Below, one piece after another: positions 18,454 through 27,956 of a stretch of 64,000 bases of DNA. The position numbers and the translations under genes were made by a program. A model generated the notes under the pieces. That model was not told the DNA's origin. It made no database searches and was given only the letters and a program-made list of their open reading frames with translations. The stretch comes from an uncultured Bdellovibrio sp. (GTDB lineage: Bacteria > Bdellovibrionota > Bdellovibrionia > Bdellovibrionales > Bdellovibrionaceae), in the NCBI GenBank assembly GCA_963932905.1, contig CAWVRN010000012.1, positions 48,019 to 112,018 of the forward strand, in the 5' to 3' direction. Position 1 is the stretch's first letter. Every line of letters starts with the position of its first letter.

Positions 18454-19100
18454 TAACGGAAATCGATCGGGTTGATTTCTAAATTTCTTAGACTGCGGAA
18501 GTCAGGATTCAGGTAGTCAGCTGTCTGTTGCTTGTTCTTGTAACCGAGCACACGGTAGCTCCAGCCTTGTGATGAGCTAATTTTCCTTAGTAAGAAACAG
18601 ATCGCATCGCCGACTTCGTACGTATTCGTTTGCACACGAATGATCATATTGTCCGGTGTTTCATCTGTCTTCACCGTTAAATCGGTGCAAGGACCCAGCA
18701 CAGACACACGATTCTCAACCTGTTTCACTTCGCCTACGCATAATACAACGTGGGCGTTCGGAGTTGGGTCAGACGATTTCTTTTTGTGATGCTGGTAATT
18801 AGCATAGTAAATTTTTTCAATCGGGTTCAGTTTTGATTCATCGACCGCTTTAATTTTTTGTTCGATCTGAATATCTTCCGCAATGTGATCATCGGCACTG
18901 CCGGGGATCTTTGTGATCTTGCGTTTCACTTGATAAATCTTGCCCGGGATTAAACTTATTTTCTTCAGCGGTGGGGTCAGCTCAAAGTACGTGTAGGCAT
19001 CGATGCGCAGATCATAGCCCAACATCAATACGCCGTCTTTAAAATCGAAGAACGAGTCGATTAGTAATATTAAATAATCTTCTTCACGGACCAGGCTCAA
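18453..19100 (-). CDS. Hypothetical protein
   Basis: 215-aa ORF translationally coupled to the DedA gene (4-nt overlap). Confidence 0.6.
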   Translation of the reverse strand: MSLVREEDYLILLIDSFFDFKDGVLMLGYDLRIDAYTYFELTPPLKKISLIPGKIYQVKRKITKIPGSADDHIAEDIQIEQKIKAVDESKLNPIEKIYYANYQHHKKKSSDPTPNAHVVLCVGEVKQVENRVSVLGPCTDLTVKTDETPDNMIIRVQTNTYEVGDAICFLLRKISSSQGWSYRVLGYKNKQQTADYLNPDFRSLRNLEINPIDFR

Positions 19101-19792
19101 GCAGTCTGTCCTCGCTTGCGATTTTGATATTTGCGGAATAGGAAAATAATCAAGGCTACCACGGCAACGGCCCCTACGACCATTTTAAAACGTGAGAAAT
19201 AAACTAAAATTTCTTTTCCATAGTGAGCCAGTAAATAAATCTGAGTCGGGACGCTGACTAAAGCTGCCAGCCCATCGATCATTGCAAACTTCCATGCCGA
19301 AAACTTTAGCATGCCCGTCGCTAAGTGACCGGGGAAGCGCACGCCGGGAGTAAAGCGGAAAACGAAAACGGCAAAGTTACCATATTTTTTAGTCCAATTT
19401 TCAACTCGTTCAATACTGGCTTCTGAAATCAGCTTGCGAGCGCGGGGATGATATAAAATTTTGCGACCCCATTTGCGCCCTACAAAATAAATCAGAAAAT
19501 CGCTACCAAAAACGGCCAAGAAAGAAATCGCAGCGGCTTCGTGAACATTCACTACGGGGGCGCCAGGATAAGGAGGTGGAAATAAATCTGGACGTGAACC
19601 CATGAAGGCTAAAAAACCAACCGAAACTAAAGTGACTTCTTCGGGCATTGGAAAACCTACCGCCGAAGCCACCATCATAAGCACGATCCCTATATAGACC
19701 ATGTTCGGTTGGTAAGCGAACTGGGAAAACCATTGAAATACTTCGTGATTAAATATGCCGTCCAATGCAACCTCGAAAATGAATTCAGCCAA
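19097..19792 (-). CDS. DedA family membrane protein
   Basis: GFPMPEE, GSD..Y..GR..G, RFTPGVR, G..K...WKF...D. Confidence 0.92.
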   Translation of the reverse strand: MAEFIFEVALDGIFNHEVFQWFSQFAYQPNMVYIGIVLMMVASAVGFPMPEEVTLVSVGFLAFMGSRPDLFPPPYPGAPVVNVHEAAAISFLAVFGSDFLIYFVGRKWGRKILYHPRARKLISEASIERVENWTKKYGNFAVFVFRFTPGVRFPGHLATGMLKFSAWKFAMIDGLAALVSVPTQIYLLAHYGKEILVYFSRFKMVVGAVAVVALIIFLFRKYQNRKRGQTA

Positions 19793-19885
19793 TTTCAGCA
19801 GCTAGAAATAAAAATATAATATATCTTTTGTGGATAGTATATGCATAAATAGTCGATTTTCTATCCAGGGTATCGTCTAGGAGCA

Positions 19886-20848
19886 GTGAATAAAACAATG
19901 AATGATGTATCTATCACTTATAAATTTTCAGGACATTTAAACTCGAATCTATTTGTCCGCGCCAGTAATAAAGCATCTGTTACGCATGTTTGGTCCAGCC
20001 ATCTAGTGCCAATTGTGAACCAGCATTTTTCAGAATCCACCCTGCACGACATCAAAGGATCGCGATCTTGGGACGAATGTCTAAAGCAGTTGTTGAAAAT
20101 AGGGGCAGTGTACTTGGATCAAAAGCGCATGACCGGCGATTTTGAGATGGATGCAAACAATGTTGTACGTTTTCATTTGCTACCTCGTAGGTACGATCCC
20201 AATCTATTAGATGTCCGGCGCGATATTATTTTCCAAAACGAAGATTTTTTAGTTGTGAACAAGCCAGCGTTGTTGCCGGTACATCCCACTCTAGACAACA
20301 CGGTCGAAAACCTGCTTTCGCTTTTGCAACAACAATTAAAATCACCGATATACGGTTTACATCGACTCGATTTGGAAACAACCGGTTTAATTTTGTTTGC
20401 GAAAACAGAATCAGCAATGATGCATTTCCAAAAATTATTTGAGGGTCGCGAAATTAAAAAAATATATAAGGCGGTCGTTTTTGGTTCTAACTCTCGGTTA
20501 GGATATTATCGACATTGGATGGAAAAGAACCCTAGGTCGCCCAAGAAAATTAGTTCGACGGAATTACCAAACTACATGCCGATTGAATTAAATATCTTAA
20601 ACCAAATGCCTTTCGCACTAGATGCGCGCGCCACTATTTTAGACATCGAATTGCTAACCGGTAAGACTCATCAAATTCGGTCGCAGATGGCGCATATAGG
20701 ATTTCCATTAATCGGGGATAGCATGTATGGCGGCCCCGATTTCGAAAACGAAAAATTTAATCATTTCTTGCTGCATGCTAATGAATTGCAGTTTATAGAT
20801 TCGCGTGGAGTTGAGCGTTCGTTCCATGTTAAACCAAGTTGGCTATAG
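19886..20848 (+). CDS. RluA family pseudouridine synthase
   Basis: VVNKPA, HRLDLETTG, LTGKTHQIRSQ, IGD..YG, LHA. Confidence 0.92.
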   Translation: MNKTMNDVSITYKFSGHLNSNLFVRASNKASVTHVWSSHLVPIVNQHFSESTLHDIKGSRSWDECLKQLLKIGAVYLDQKRMTGDFEMDANNVVRFHLLPRRYDPNLLDVRRDIIFQNEDFLVVNKPALLPVHPTLDNTVENLLSLLQQQLKSPIYGLHRLDLETTGLILFAKTESAMMHFQKLFEGREIKKIYKAVVFGSNSRLGYYRHWMEKNPRSPKKISSTELPNYMPIELNILNQMPFALDARATILDIELLTGKTHQIRSQMAHIGFPLIGDSMYGGPDFENEKFNHFLLHANELQFIDSRGVERSFHVKPSWL

Positions 20849-20855
20849 GGTGTAA

Positions 20856-21869
20856 ATGAAAATGAAAAATTTGTTGATGATTCTAATGCTATTGTTCACT
20901 CACATTGTCTATGGGCGATCCGAATTTAGTTTGATGACCTACAATGTAGAAAACTTATTTGACGACCAAGACGATGCTGGTCGCGACGATGAAACGTATC
21001 TGCCGCGAACAGCAAAACAAACCAAATTTCATAAAGACAAATGCAAAAAACTATCTAATTTTAAATTTCGCAAAGACTGTTATCAACTAGATTGGAATCA
21101 GTCGGTCATCGAAAACAAGATGAAAAATATTTCCGAGGTTATTTTATCTGTCGAGCAGGGTAAAGGTCCCGACATTCTGATTCTTGTGGAAGTGGAAAAC
21201 ATACAAGTCCTTAATCAACTCAACGATCGGTTCCTAAAACCTGCTGGATACAAAACTGTGCAACTGATTGAAGGTAATGACCCGCGAGGAATTGACCTGG
21301 CGGTCCTTAGTCGCTTTGAAATGAATGGGACAGCTAAATTATTATCCTTGGATTTATCTAGGCCAACACGGGGAATTTTTAAGGTACCGCTAAAGGTCGA
21401 CAAAGATAAAACACTGAATGTATTTGCCGTTCATCTGCCGTCACAGGGCAGCCCTACTGAAGTTCGCAAAGAAGCACTGACGCATTTATCTGCAATGTTG
21501 AAAAATGAAAAAGAGCCATGGGTAATGGGTGGTGATTTTAATATCACAAAAGAAGAAAATGAGAATTTTCATTTAATCGAAAGTTTTCTTCAACCTATCG
21601 CCGATGTTTCGCACGTGATTGGATGCGGTCAATGCAAAGGAACTCACAACTATAAAAACAGGTGGTCATTTTTGGATATGTTGCTCTTTGATCGTCGTTT
21701 GAAAAACTTTGGAATGGGTGTTGATCCTGACTCTATCAAAGTAGTGAAGGTGTCCAGAATGTTAGGTAAGAAGGATAAACCAAAACGTTTTGATCCCGAT
21801 AAAGGTCAAGGAGCTTCTGACCATCTTCCACTGTATTCTCGGCTGTTCGTGCAGAAAACAGGTAAGTAA
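20856..21869 (+). CDS. Exported endonuclease/exonuclease/phosphatase (EEP) family protein
   Basis: YNVENLFD, EVEN, D.RGID, HLPS, GGDFN, SDHLP; signal peptide. Confidence 0.9.
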   Translation: MKMKNLLMILMLLFTHIVYGRSEFSLMTYNVENLFDDQDDAGRDDETYLPRTAKQTKFHKDKCKKLSNFKFRKDCYQLDWNQSVIENKMKNISEVILSVEQGKGPDILILVEVENIQVLNQLNDRFLKPAGYKTVQLIEGNDPRGIDLAVLSRFEMNGTAKLLSLDLSRPTRGIFKVPLKVDKDKTLNVFAVHLPSQGSPTEVRKEALTHLSAMLKNEKEPWVMGGDFNITKEENENFHLIESFLQPIADVSHVIGCGQCKGTHNYKNRWSFLDMLLFDRRLKNFGMGVDPDSIKVVKVSRMLGKKDKPKRFDPDKGQGASDHLPLYSRLFVQKTGK

Positions 21870-21915
21870 AGCTATTGCTCTTTAACATCGTACGCCACGC
21901 TATTATTATTGTTAT

Positions 21916-22596
21916 ATGTGCGCTAGCAGAAAGTTTGTTATCACCACCATTCTTTTTCTTTTGCCGCTTTTTAGCATGGCCAAAGTGGCGCGCAAACCGT
22001 TGAGCGATTCAGCTCCCATTAAACAAACAACTGTAAATACGATGTTGGGCGCCGAAAACGCTATAAAAAAACTCGATGTCGATGTTTTAAAAGCGCCCGA
22101 AGTGACTCAAGATCAAAAAGGTTTTTTCGCGGCGATGTCGTACAGTTTGTTTTCACCCACATTTGATTCCCAAGCAATGAAATCTCAAAATCAAGAAAGT
22201 TTAGGTGTATCGGCGTTGATCGGTTATGCCTATACGCCCTATAAAGGGTGGGGTATGCAGGCATCGCTCGGTGTTTTGCAAAACTCAAAAACGGATCGTT
22301 CGCTTCCTGATTTTGTTTTGTTAAAGCCAGCCGTCGGTATCGTTTTTTCGATCACGAAAGCAATTTATATAGCGGGCGGAGTTTTCAATTATTCGCAGCA
22401 AGGGGAAACTCTTAAAAATTTTCAAAGTTATATAGGGCAAGAAGTGTTCATGGGCTATAAAGCGAATAAGAAAATCAACATCAAATTTGGCTTTTCCTAT
22501 TCTAAGTTTTCGGCCGATTTCGATACGGATGCACAGAAAACTAACTCTCTGGTGTCCATCCGCGGTCTAGAATCGCAGCTCGTGTATCTGTTTTAA
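21916..22596 (+). CDS. Probable small outer-membrane beta-barrel protein
   Basis: Signal peptide, amphipathic beta-strands, C-terminal LVYLF. Confidence 0.6.
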   Translation: MCASRKFVITTILFLLPLFSMAKVARKPLSDSAPIKQTTVNTMLGAENAIKKLDVDVLKAPEVTQDQKGFFAAMSYSLFSPTFDSQAMKSQNQESLGVSALIGYAYTPYKGWGMQASLGVLQNSKTDRSLPDFVLLKPAVGIVFSITKAIYIAGGVFNYSQQGETLKNFQSYIGQEVFMGYKANKKINIKFGFSYSKFSADFDTDAQKTNSLVSIRGLESQLVYLF

Positions 22597-22627
22597 TTCT
22601 GATAAATCTCACCGGACGAATTTGATC

Positions 22628-22644
22628 TGTCTTAGAAATTGACA
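22628..22644. promoter_or_regulatory. TGTC-N9-GACA palindromic site
   Basis: tgtcttagaaattgaca, about 100 bp upstream of the cytochrome b562-like gene. Confidence 0.55.
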
Positions 22645-22746
22645 GCCTTGCAATGCTTACTGGGCCCACAAGATCTGTTTTTAAAGCATTTCGAATAGGC
22701 TCAATCTAATGTTATAATCACCTCACTAATCTATATAGGAATCAGT

Positions 22747-23202
22747 ATGAAGCAAATTTTTGCGATTCTGTTTTTAATTGTGTGCGCGATATCGGCCCAA
22801 GCTCAATCATCGTTGACCGGGTTGGATGATATCATGAAAAACAAAGTGGGAGCTCCGTTTAAAATTGTTTTTCTTCACGTTATTAAGCAAGGTCAAATCG
22901 ACCCTGCGGGTTCGACTCTGCAAGCGGCCCAAGCCGCGTATGTCGGTTTACAAGAAGGCGCGACAAAGGCTCCGTCACAATATTTAGATTTGAATGGTCA
23001 GTTAAAAGATGAAGCATCGAAAGGAGCCTTTCGTAGTTACCAAAAGGCTATGCAGGGTGTGATCGTTGAAATGGCCAGATTGGTAGAAATATTAAGCGAT
23101 AAAACTATTGACGAGGCCACTCGGTTAGCAGCCGCAAAAGCCCAAGTCCAAGTGATCGTTCGCGCTCAAAAACAAGGTCACGAAGACCATAAGGAAGAAT
23201 AA
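22747..23202 (+). CDS. Periplasmic cytochrome b562-like four-helix protein
   Basis: Signal peptide (AQA); N-terminal LDDIM (Met ligand), mid P, Y...M helix, C-terminal KQGHEDHK (His ligand); no CxxCH. Confidence 0.6.
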   Translation: MKQIFAILFLIVCAISAQAQSSLTGLDDIMKNKVGAPFKIVFLHVIKQGQIDPAGSTLQAAQAAYVGLQEGATKAPSQYLDLNGQLKDEASKGAFRSYQKAMQGVIVEMARLVEILSDKTIDEATRLAAAKAQVQVIVRAQKQGHEDHKEE

Positions 23203-23245
23203 GCAACTTTTCTACACTATGGCAAAGCCGCAGCAGGTATCATTG

Positions 23246-23797
23246 TTAAACAGCTACGACTTCTTTTACTTCTGGAATTAATTCTTTGATTCTAACTTCA
23301 ATGCCGTCTTTCAGGGTGGCTGTCGAGCTAGGGCAGCCCGCACATGAACCTTTCATTTGAATAAACACGACATTATCTTTGTAAGAATGAAATACGATTT
23401 CGCCGCCATCCAATGCAACGACCGGTTGAATTTCATTTTTGATAATTTGTTTAAGCTGACGAACCACAGGGTCTGTGTCGGCGTCATCGGCTGAAGCTTG
23501 GCTAGGATCGAAATCGTGCATGACTTTCTCGCCTTTGTCCAAGTGCTCTTGAATTAAGCCATTCAGGGGCTCTGCCAACACGGTCCAATCCACCCAATCT
23601 TGTTTCGTGATCGAAACAAAATCTTTGCCGATGTAGACTTTAGATGTCCAAGGAAACCCGAATATTTTTGAAGCCAAAGGCGATATTTCAGCGTCCTGCG
23701 GAGTCGTGAATTCACGAGTCTCGGTCACTAGTGCTTCAGGGAAAATAAATTTATAAGTAGCGGGATTAGGAGTGGATTCGTATCTGACTTTAATCAT
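23246..23797 (-). CDS. NifU/NfuA family Fe-S cluster carrier
   Basis: TPNP.T.KF N-domain; IQP.VALDGG and GSCAGCPSS.ATLK.GIE. Confidence 0.92.
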   Translation of the reverse strand: MIKVRYESTPNPATYKFIFPEALVTETREFTTPQDAEISPLASKIFGFPWTSKVYIGKDFVSITKQDWVDWTVLAEPLNGLIQEHLDKGEKVMHDFDPSQASADDADTDPVVRQLKQIIKNEIQPVVALDGGEIVFHSYKDNVVFIQMKGSCAGCPSSTATLKDGIEVRIKELIPEVKEVVAV

Positions 23798-23937
23798 TGC
23801 GCTAATATACAGCAGGAAAATGCCTTTTCAAGGGAATTATATCCGCTGTGTTAAATACCTAAAATATTGAAAAAAAGTATGATTCTGAATAGGTTAGGCC
23901 CATCATTTCAAAGATAAGTTTTTAATAAGGAGATAAC

Positions 23938-24864
23938 ATGACCCCAAGAGTGCGTGAAATTTTAAACTGGTATGGATCTGATAACCCAGGTGTTTTGACA
24001 AATTTAGCTCGTTTGATGAATACGGGCCGACTTGCTGGTACTGGCAAATTGGTTATTTTACCAGTGGACCAAGGTTTCGAACATGGCCCAGCACGCAGTT
24101 TTGCTAAGAATCCAGATGGTTATGATCCGGCTTACCACTTTGAATTAGCCATTGAATCCGGTTGCAATGCGTATGCTGCGCCATTGGGTGCTTTAGAGGC
24201 GTGCGCTCGTGATTATGCTGGCGAAATTCCTTTGATCTTAAAAATCAATAACTCAGAAACGTTATATTCTAACAAATCACCAATTTCAGCTTTAACTTCA
24301 AACGTAGACGATGCTTTACGTTTAGGTTGCGCGGGTATCGGTTTCACAATTTACCCAGGATCAGCAGAACGAAAAAACATGTACGAAGAAATCGCCCAGG
24401 CGGCACGTGAAGCGAAAAAAGCTGGCCTAGCGGTAGTTATTTGGTCTTACCCTCGTGGTGAGCAACTTTCAAAAGAGGGTGAAACAGGTATCGACGTGAT
24501 CGCGTATGCGGCTCACCTTGCGGCTCAAATGGGTGCGCACATCATCAAAGTAAAACCACCGAGTGCACACATTGAACAAGATGCGGCTCGCAAAGTTTAC
24601 GAAGCTCAAGGTATCAAAGTGACATCATTAGCAGATCGCACTCGCCATATCGTACAAAGCTGCTTCAACGGTAAACGTATCGTGATTTTCTCTGGCGGTG
24701 AAGCTAAGGGTACCGAGCAATTGATTGAGGAAGTAAAACAATTAGCTCAAGGTGGCGCTTTCGGCAGCATCATGGGTCGCAATGCGTTCCAACGTCCACG
24801 CAAAGAATCTATCGAGTTACTACACTCGGTAATGGATGCTTTTGCGGGTAAGAATAATAAGTAA
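23938..24864 (+). CDS. fbaB: Class I fructose-bisphosphate aldolase (DhnA/FbaB type)
   Basis: ILPVDQGFEHGP, GFTIYPGS, WSYPRG, IIKVK, FSGG, GRNAFQR. Confidence 0.92.
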   Translation: MTPRVREILNWYGSDNPGVLTNLARLMNTGRLAGTGKLVILPVDQGFEHGPARSFAKNPDGYDPAYHFELAIESGCNAYAAPLGALEACARDYAGEIPLILKINNSETLYSNKSPISALTSNVDDALRLGCAGIGFTIYPGSAERKNMYEEIAQAAREAKKAGLAVVIWSYPRGEQLSKEGETGIDVIAYAAHLAAQMGAHIIKVKPPSAHIEQDAARKVYEAQGIKVTSLADRTRHIVQSCFNGKRIVIFSGGEAKGTEQLIEEVKQLAQGGAFGSIMGRNAFQRPRKESIELLHSVMDAFAGKNNK

Positions 24865-24875
24865 TCGGTGACATC

Positions 24876-25913
24876 GTGTTAGGAAAAGGAATTCTACTAC
24901 TGTTGTCGCTGGCTGTTGGTTCCGTTTTTTTGGGCGGCTGCCAAGCGCAGCCGACGAAAATTACCGAAACTAAATCAGTTCAAACTAATTTCGAAGAAAT
25001 CCGCACAAAGCTAAATAAAAATACGGTCATCCTGGATACTCGGGATGCCGTTGAGTTTTATGTTAGCAAAGTACCTGGATCTATTCTTGTTGAATGGAAA
25101 GACTTTTCCGTTCCTAATATGGAAGGTGCTCAGGGTGTGCTGGATATTGATCCGCTGAATATCACCCGTCGGTTAGCCTTGTGGGGAATAGGTCCAGAAT
25201 CAGAAGTGATAGTCCTAGGTAAAGTTTTTGATAAAGATCAAAAACAAGAAGCTAAATTTGGACGGGTCGCCTGGATGCTTAAAGAAATGGGCGTCATGAA
25301 TGTAAAAACATTCAATTATGAACTATTCAAACGCGAAGTGTTTGGTCTTCAGGAGGCACCTCCTGTGAACAAAGATACGTGGATGCCCGTAGTGGATACG
25401 CGTTCGGAAATTAAGTTTGATGAATTTCAGCGAATTATCTATCCATTTAATTATCGTTTTAAATTCTACACCTTATCAAGGTTGGACGAAAAAGCCGGCT
25501 TGCGTGTAGGTCGATTTAAAAATTCGAAGATTCATTTTATCGATGTACGTTCAGCTAAAGAATTCAACGATGTGAGTCTGAAATCATTGGATGCTAGTTT
25601 CCCGCTAGAAAATATTCCGTGGGAGCAGTTCTACACTCCGGAAGGTATCGTTAACTTTGAATTTAAGAAAAATTTAAAAGCGAAGGGTATCTTGGAAGAG
25701 GATGTGATTATTTTGATTTCGAATCACGGTGTTCGGTCGGGCGCGGCTACATTCGCGTTGCGGGAAATGGGTTACACGGAATCTAAGAATTTTTCTGGTG
25801 GTTATGAATATCTAAATAATTCGATGACGCTAGAGAAACAAATCAACTCAGCGTTCTTCGAAATTGAAAAACAGAAGAAACGTAAGAAATCGGTTCGTAA
25901 GAAGAAAAAATGA
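24876..25913 (+). CDS. Tandem rhodanese-domain lipoprotein (catalytic Cys position is Ser)
   Basis: LDTR, IPGS-like, R.AWML...G, IDVRS..EF, NIPW, ISNHGVRS, GY......GG; lipobox LGGC. Confidence 0.8.
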   Translation: MLGKGILLLLSLAVGSVFLGGCQAQPTKITETKSVQTNFEEIRTKLNKNTVILDTRDAVEFYVSKVPGSILVEWKDFSVPNMEGAQGVLDIDPLNITRRLALWGIGPESEVIVLGKVFDKDQKQEAKFGRVAWMLKEMGVMNVKTFNYELFKREVFGLQEAPPVNKDTWMPVVDTRSEIKFDEFQRIIYPFNYRFKFYTLSRLDEKAGLRVGRFKNSKIHFIDVRSAKEFNDVSLKSLDASFPLENIPWEQFYTPEGIVNFEFKKNLKAKGILEEDVIILISNHGVRSGAATFALREMGYTESKNFSGGYEYLNNSMTLEKQINSAFFEIEKQKKRKKSVRKKKK

Positions 25914-26641
25914 TTAAGAAGGTAGTATTGCTTAGCCTTTTAGCTGCCATTGTTTCTTTGATCGTACTTACTGTATTTGGTTACTATTTGAGAACCAATG
26001 AAAAGGATAGTGCCGCAAACTATCCTCCAAATTTGACTAAAGCGCAAATCCTAGAAAAATCGTCCTCTTTCTATCAAACACTGTTTGCTAAGCTAAAAGA
26101 GTTTCCGTCTGTCCAAATTGGAAAACCGTATGTTATTTCTAGCGACTGGCCGCTTAATGGTGATGGTGTTTGTTTTACGATCACAGTGAATGGTGCTGTC
26201 GTCGGTGATTTTTCAGATTTAAATCTTTGGGATAAAACAATTCTTGGTTACCGCTGCAATCCTAACAAAGATGAAAAGTCCTATCCTGAATCAGACTTTT
26301 TTGGAGATTCAGAAATTGAATACTCATCTATTGATTTGACCTCAGGAACCGCTGAAAAATTGACGCCTATCAATTGGTCATTTTTATCCAACCCCAAAGT
26401 TTGTGGCTCTTACATTGCCTACTGGGGAACCTCTGATAAGACAGAAGTAAATGCAACAAACTTGAAAGTTTTTGCCTACGTTTACAATTGGGTTTCTAAA
26501 GAAGTCCGGATAGAGAAGCAAATTTCTTCAAAGCAAATTGCGACTGATGACAGTGGTTATTTTCAAACTCCAGAGTGGAGCAGCGATTGCAAATCGGCGA
26601 CCTTCACTGATGAAGGTGTCGCCAATACTGTAACTTTTTAA
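25910..26641 (+). CDS. Membrane-anchored hypothetical protein
   Basis: N-terminal TM helix; 4-nt overlap with the upstream gene. Confidence 0.65.
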   Translation: MIKKVVLLSLLAAIVSLIVLTVFGYYLRTNEKDSAANYPPNLTKAQILEKSSSFYQTLFAKLKEFPSVQIGKPYVISSDWPLNGDGVCFTITVNGAVVGDFSDLNLWDKTILGYRCNPNKDEKSYPESDFFGDSEIEYSSIDLTSGTAEKLTPINWSFLSNPKVCGSYIAYWGTSDKTEVNATNLKVFAYVYNWVSKEVRIEKQISSKQIATDDSGYFQTPEWSSDCKSATFTDEGVANTVTF

Positions 26642-26645
26642 ACAA

Positions 26646-26800
26646 CTATTTTGTTTCCGCACACAAAGCAACCGCTTGGTCAGCGTTAAACTGCGCTTTG
26701 ATTTCTTGTGAAGCCTCTTCTTTTACACAAATCGCAGGGCTAGCAGATTTAACGCCACGCAAAGTCGAATGATGGCCTCGGTCGACTTTGGACAAATTTG
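26646..26800 (-). pseudogene. Frameshifted 3' remnant of a Cys-repeat exported protein
   Basis: TEAIIRLC in one frame continues as GVKSASPAICVKEEASQEIKAQFNADQAVALCAETK* in another. Confidence 0.3.
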
Positions 26801-26858
26801 TTTGAGAGGCTATCGAAAAGAGAAAATTGCTTGATCGCTTAACTTTCGACGGCTTCTT

Positions 26859-27812
26859 TTAAGAAGCCGCCGACGTTTGCATTTTAAATAGCACCGAATA
26901 CATCGCTTTTAACATGTCGGGATCATATCGGCCCGCTAATTTATCTTTCATCATCGTTAATGCTTCAAATGGTTTCATTGGCGTGTTGTACGATCGTTGA
27001 GTCGTCATCGCATCGTAAGTATCACAGATCGCCACGATACGTGCGTACGGGTGAATTTCGGGGCCCGTTATTTGTTGAGGATAGCCATTACCTGCCCATG
27101 ATTCATGATGCTCAAAGCACGCGGCTTTGACACCGTCGGAGATATTTGGATTTTGATTCAAGATAATTAGACCATACTGAGGGTGACGTTTCATTTGTTC
27201 CCACTCGGCATCGTCTAACGGACCTTTCTTACATAAGATTTCTAAAGCGACATTTCGTTTTCCAATGTCGTGGAATAGACAGCCGACACCCAGTTCTTCC
27301 ATCTCTTTTGGACCGAAACCAAGGACTTTACCTAAACCTAACGAATAAATACTGACATCTAGGGAGTGATTGTAAGTGTAGAAATCGTGACCCGAAAGGC
27401 TCAGTAAATAACCAACGCTCTCTGGCGCTTTATCGATGAAATCAATAAAATCGCTGATGATGGGCTTTGAATCGTCAAGAGCTTTGTTCACGTCAGGATT
27501 TTCAAAAAGGTCTTCCATGATGGCAATTGATGATTCGCGAAGGATGGCGGCCTTGTCATTGTTGTGGATTTCAGAGGAATTAATTTCGTCTTTGACCCAC
27601 GCGCGGTAGGTATCACGATCTGTGATTTTTACGAAAAATGAATTTCCAGTATCTTTAGAATGCAGAGATTCGATTTTTTGCAATTGCAAGGCATCACCGG
27701 CTTTGCGGTATAAAACCATGCGGCCATCGATGAATACATAAATGTCAAAAGACGTGATTTTTTCAGGTCTTAGCGTGCTTAAACGGATGCGGAAAAATTG
27801 ATTCATGTCCAT
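26859..27812 (-). CDS. HD-GYP cyclic dinucleotide phosphodiesterase (RxxN variant)
   Basis: YTYNHS, FHDIGK, HHE...G.GYP, D.YDAMTTQRSYN. Confidence 0.92.
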   Translation of the reverse strand: MDMNQFFRIRLSTLRPEKITSFDIYVFIDGRMVLYRKAGDALQLQKIESLHSKDTGNSFFVKITDRDTYRAWVKDEINSSEIHNNDKAAILRESSIAIMEDLFENPDVNKALDDSKPIISDFIDFIDKAPESVGYLLSLSGHDFYTYNHSLDVSIYSLGLGKVLGFGPKEMEELGVGCLFHDIGKRNVALEILCKKGPLDDAEWEQMKRHPQYGLIILNQNPNISDGVKAACFEHHESWAGNGYPQQITGPEIHPYARIVAICDTYDAMTTQRSYNTPMKPFEALTMMKDKLAGRYDPDMLKAMYSVLFKMQTSAAS

Positions 27813-27956
27813 TCCCTATTTAAACATCATTGATTTTTAAAAACTAGAGACAAATGTCTAGAATCATTTTAAAATTGTCTGATAGAAGGGGATGTCCCAA
27901 CATGATTACATTGTGAATTGCGATGTAAACAAAATGAACAAAAGGCAAAACCGTAG

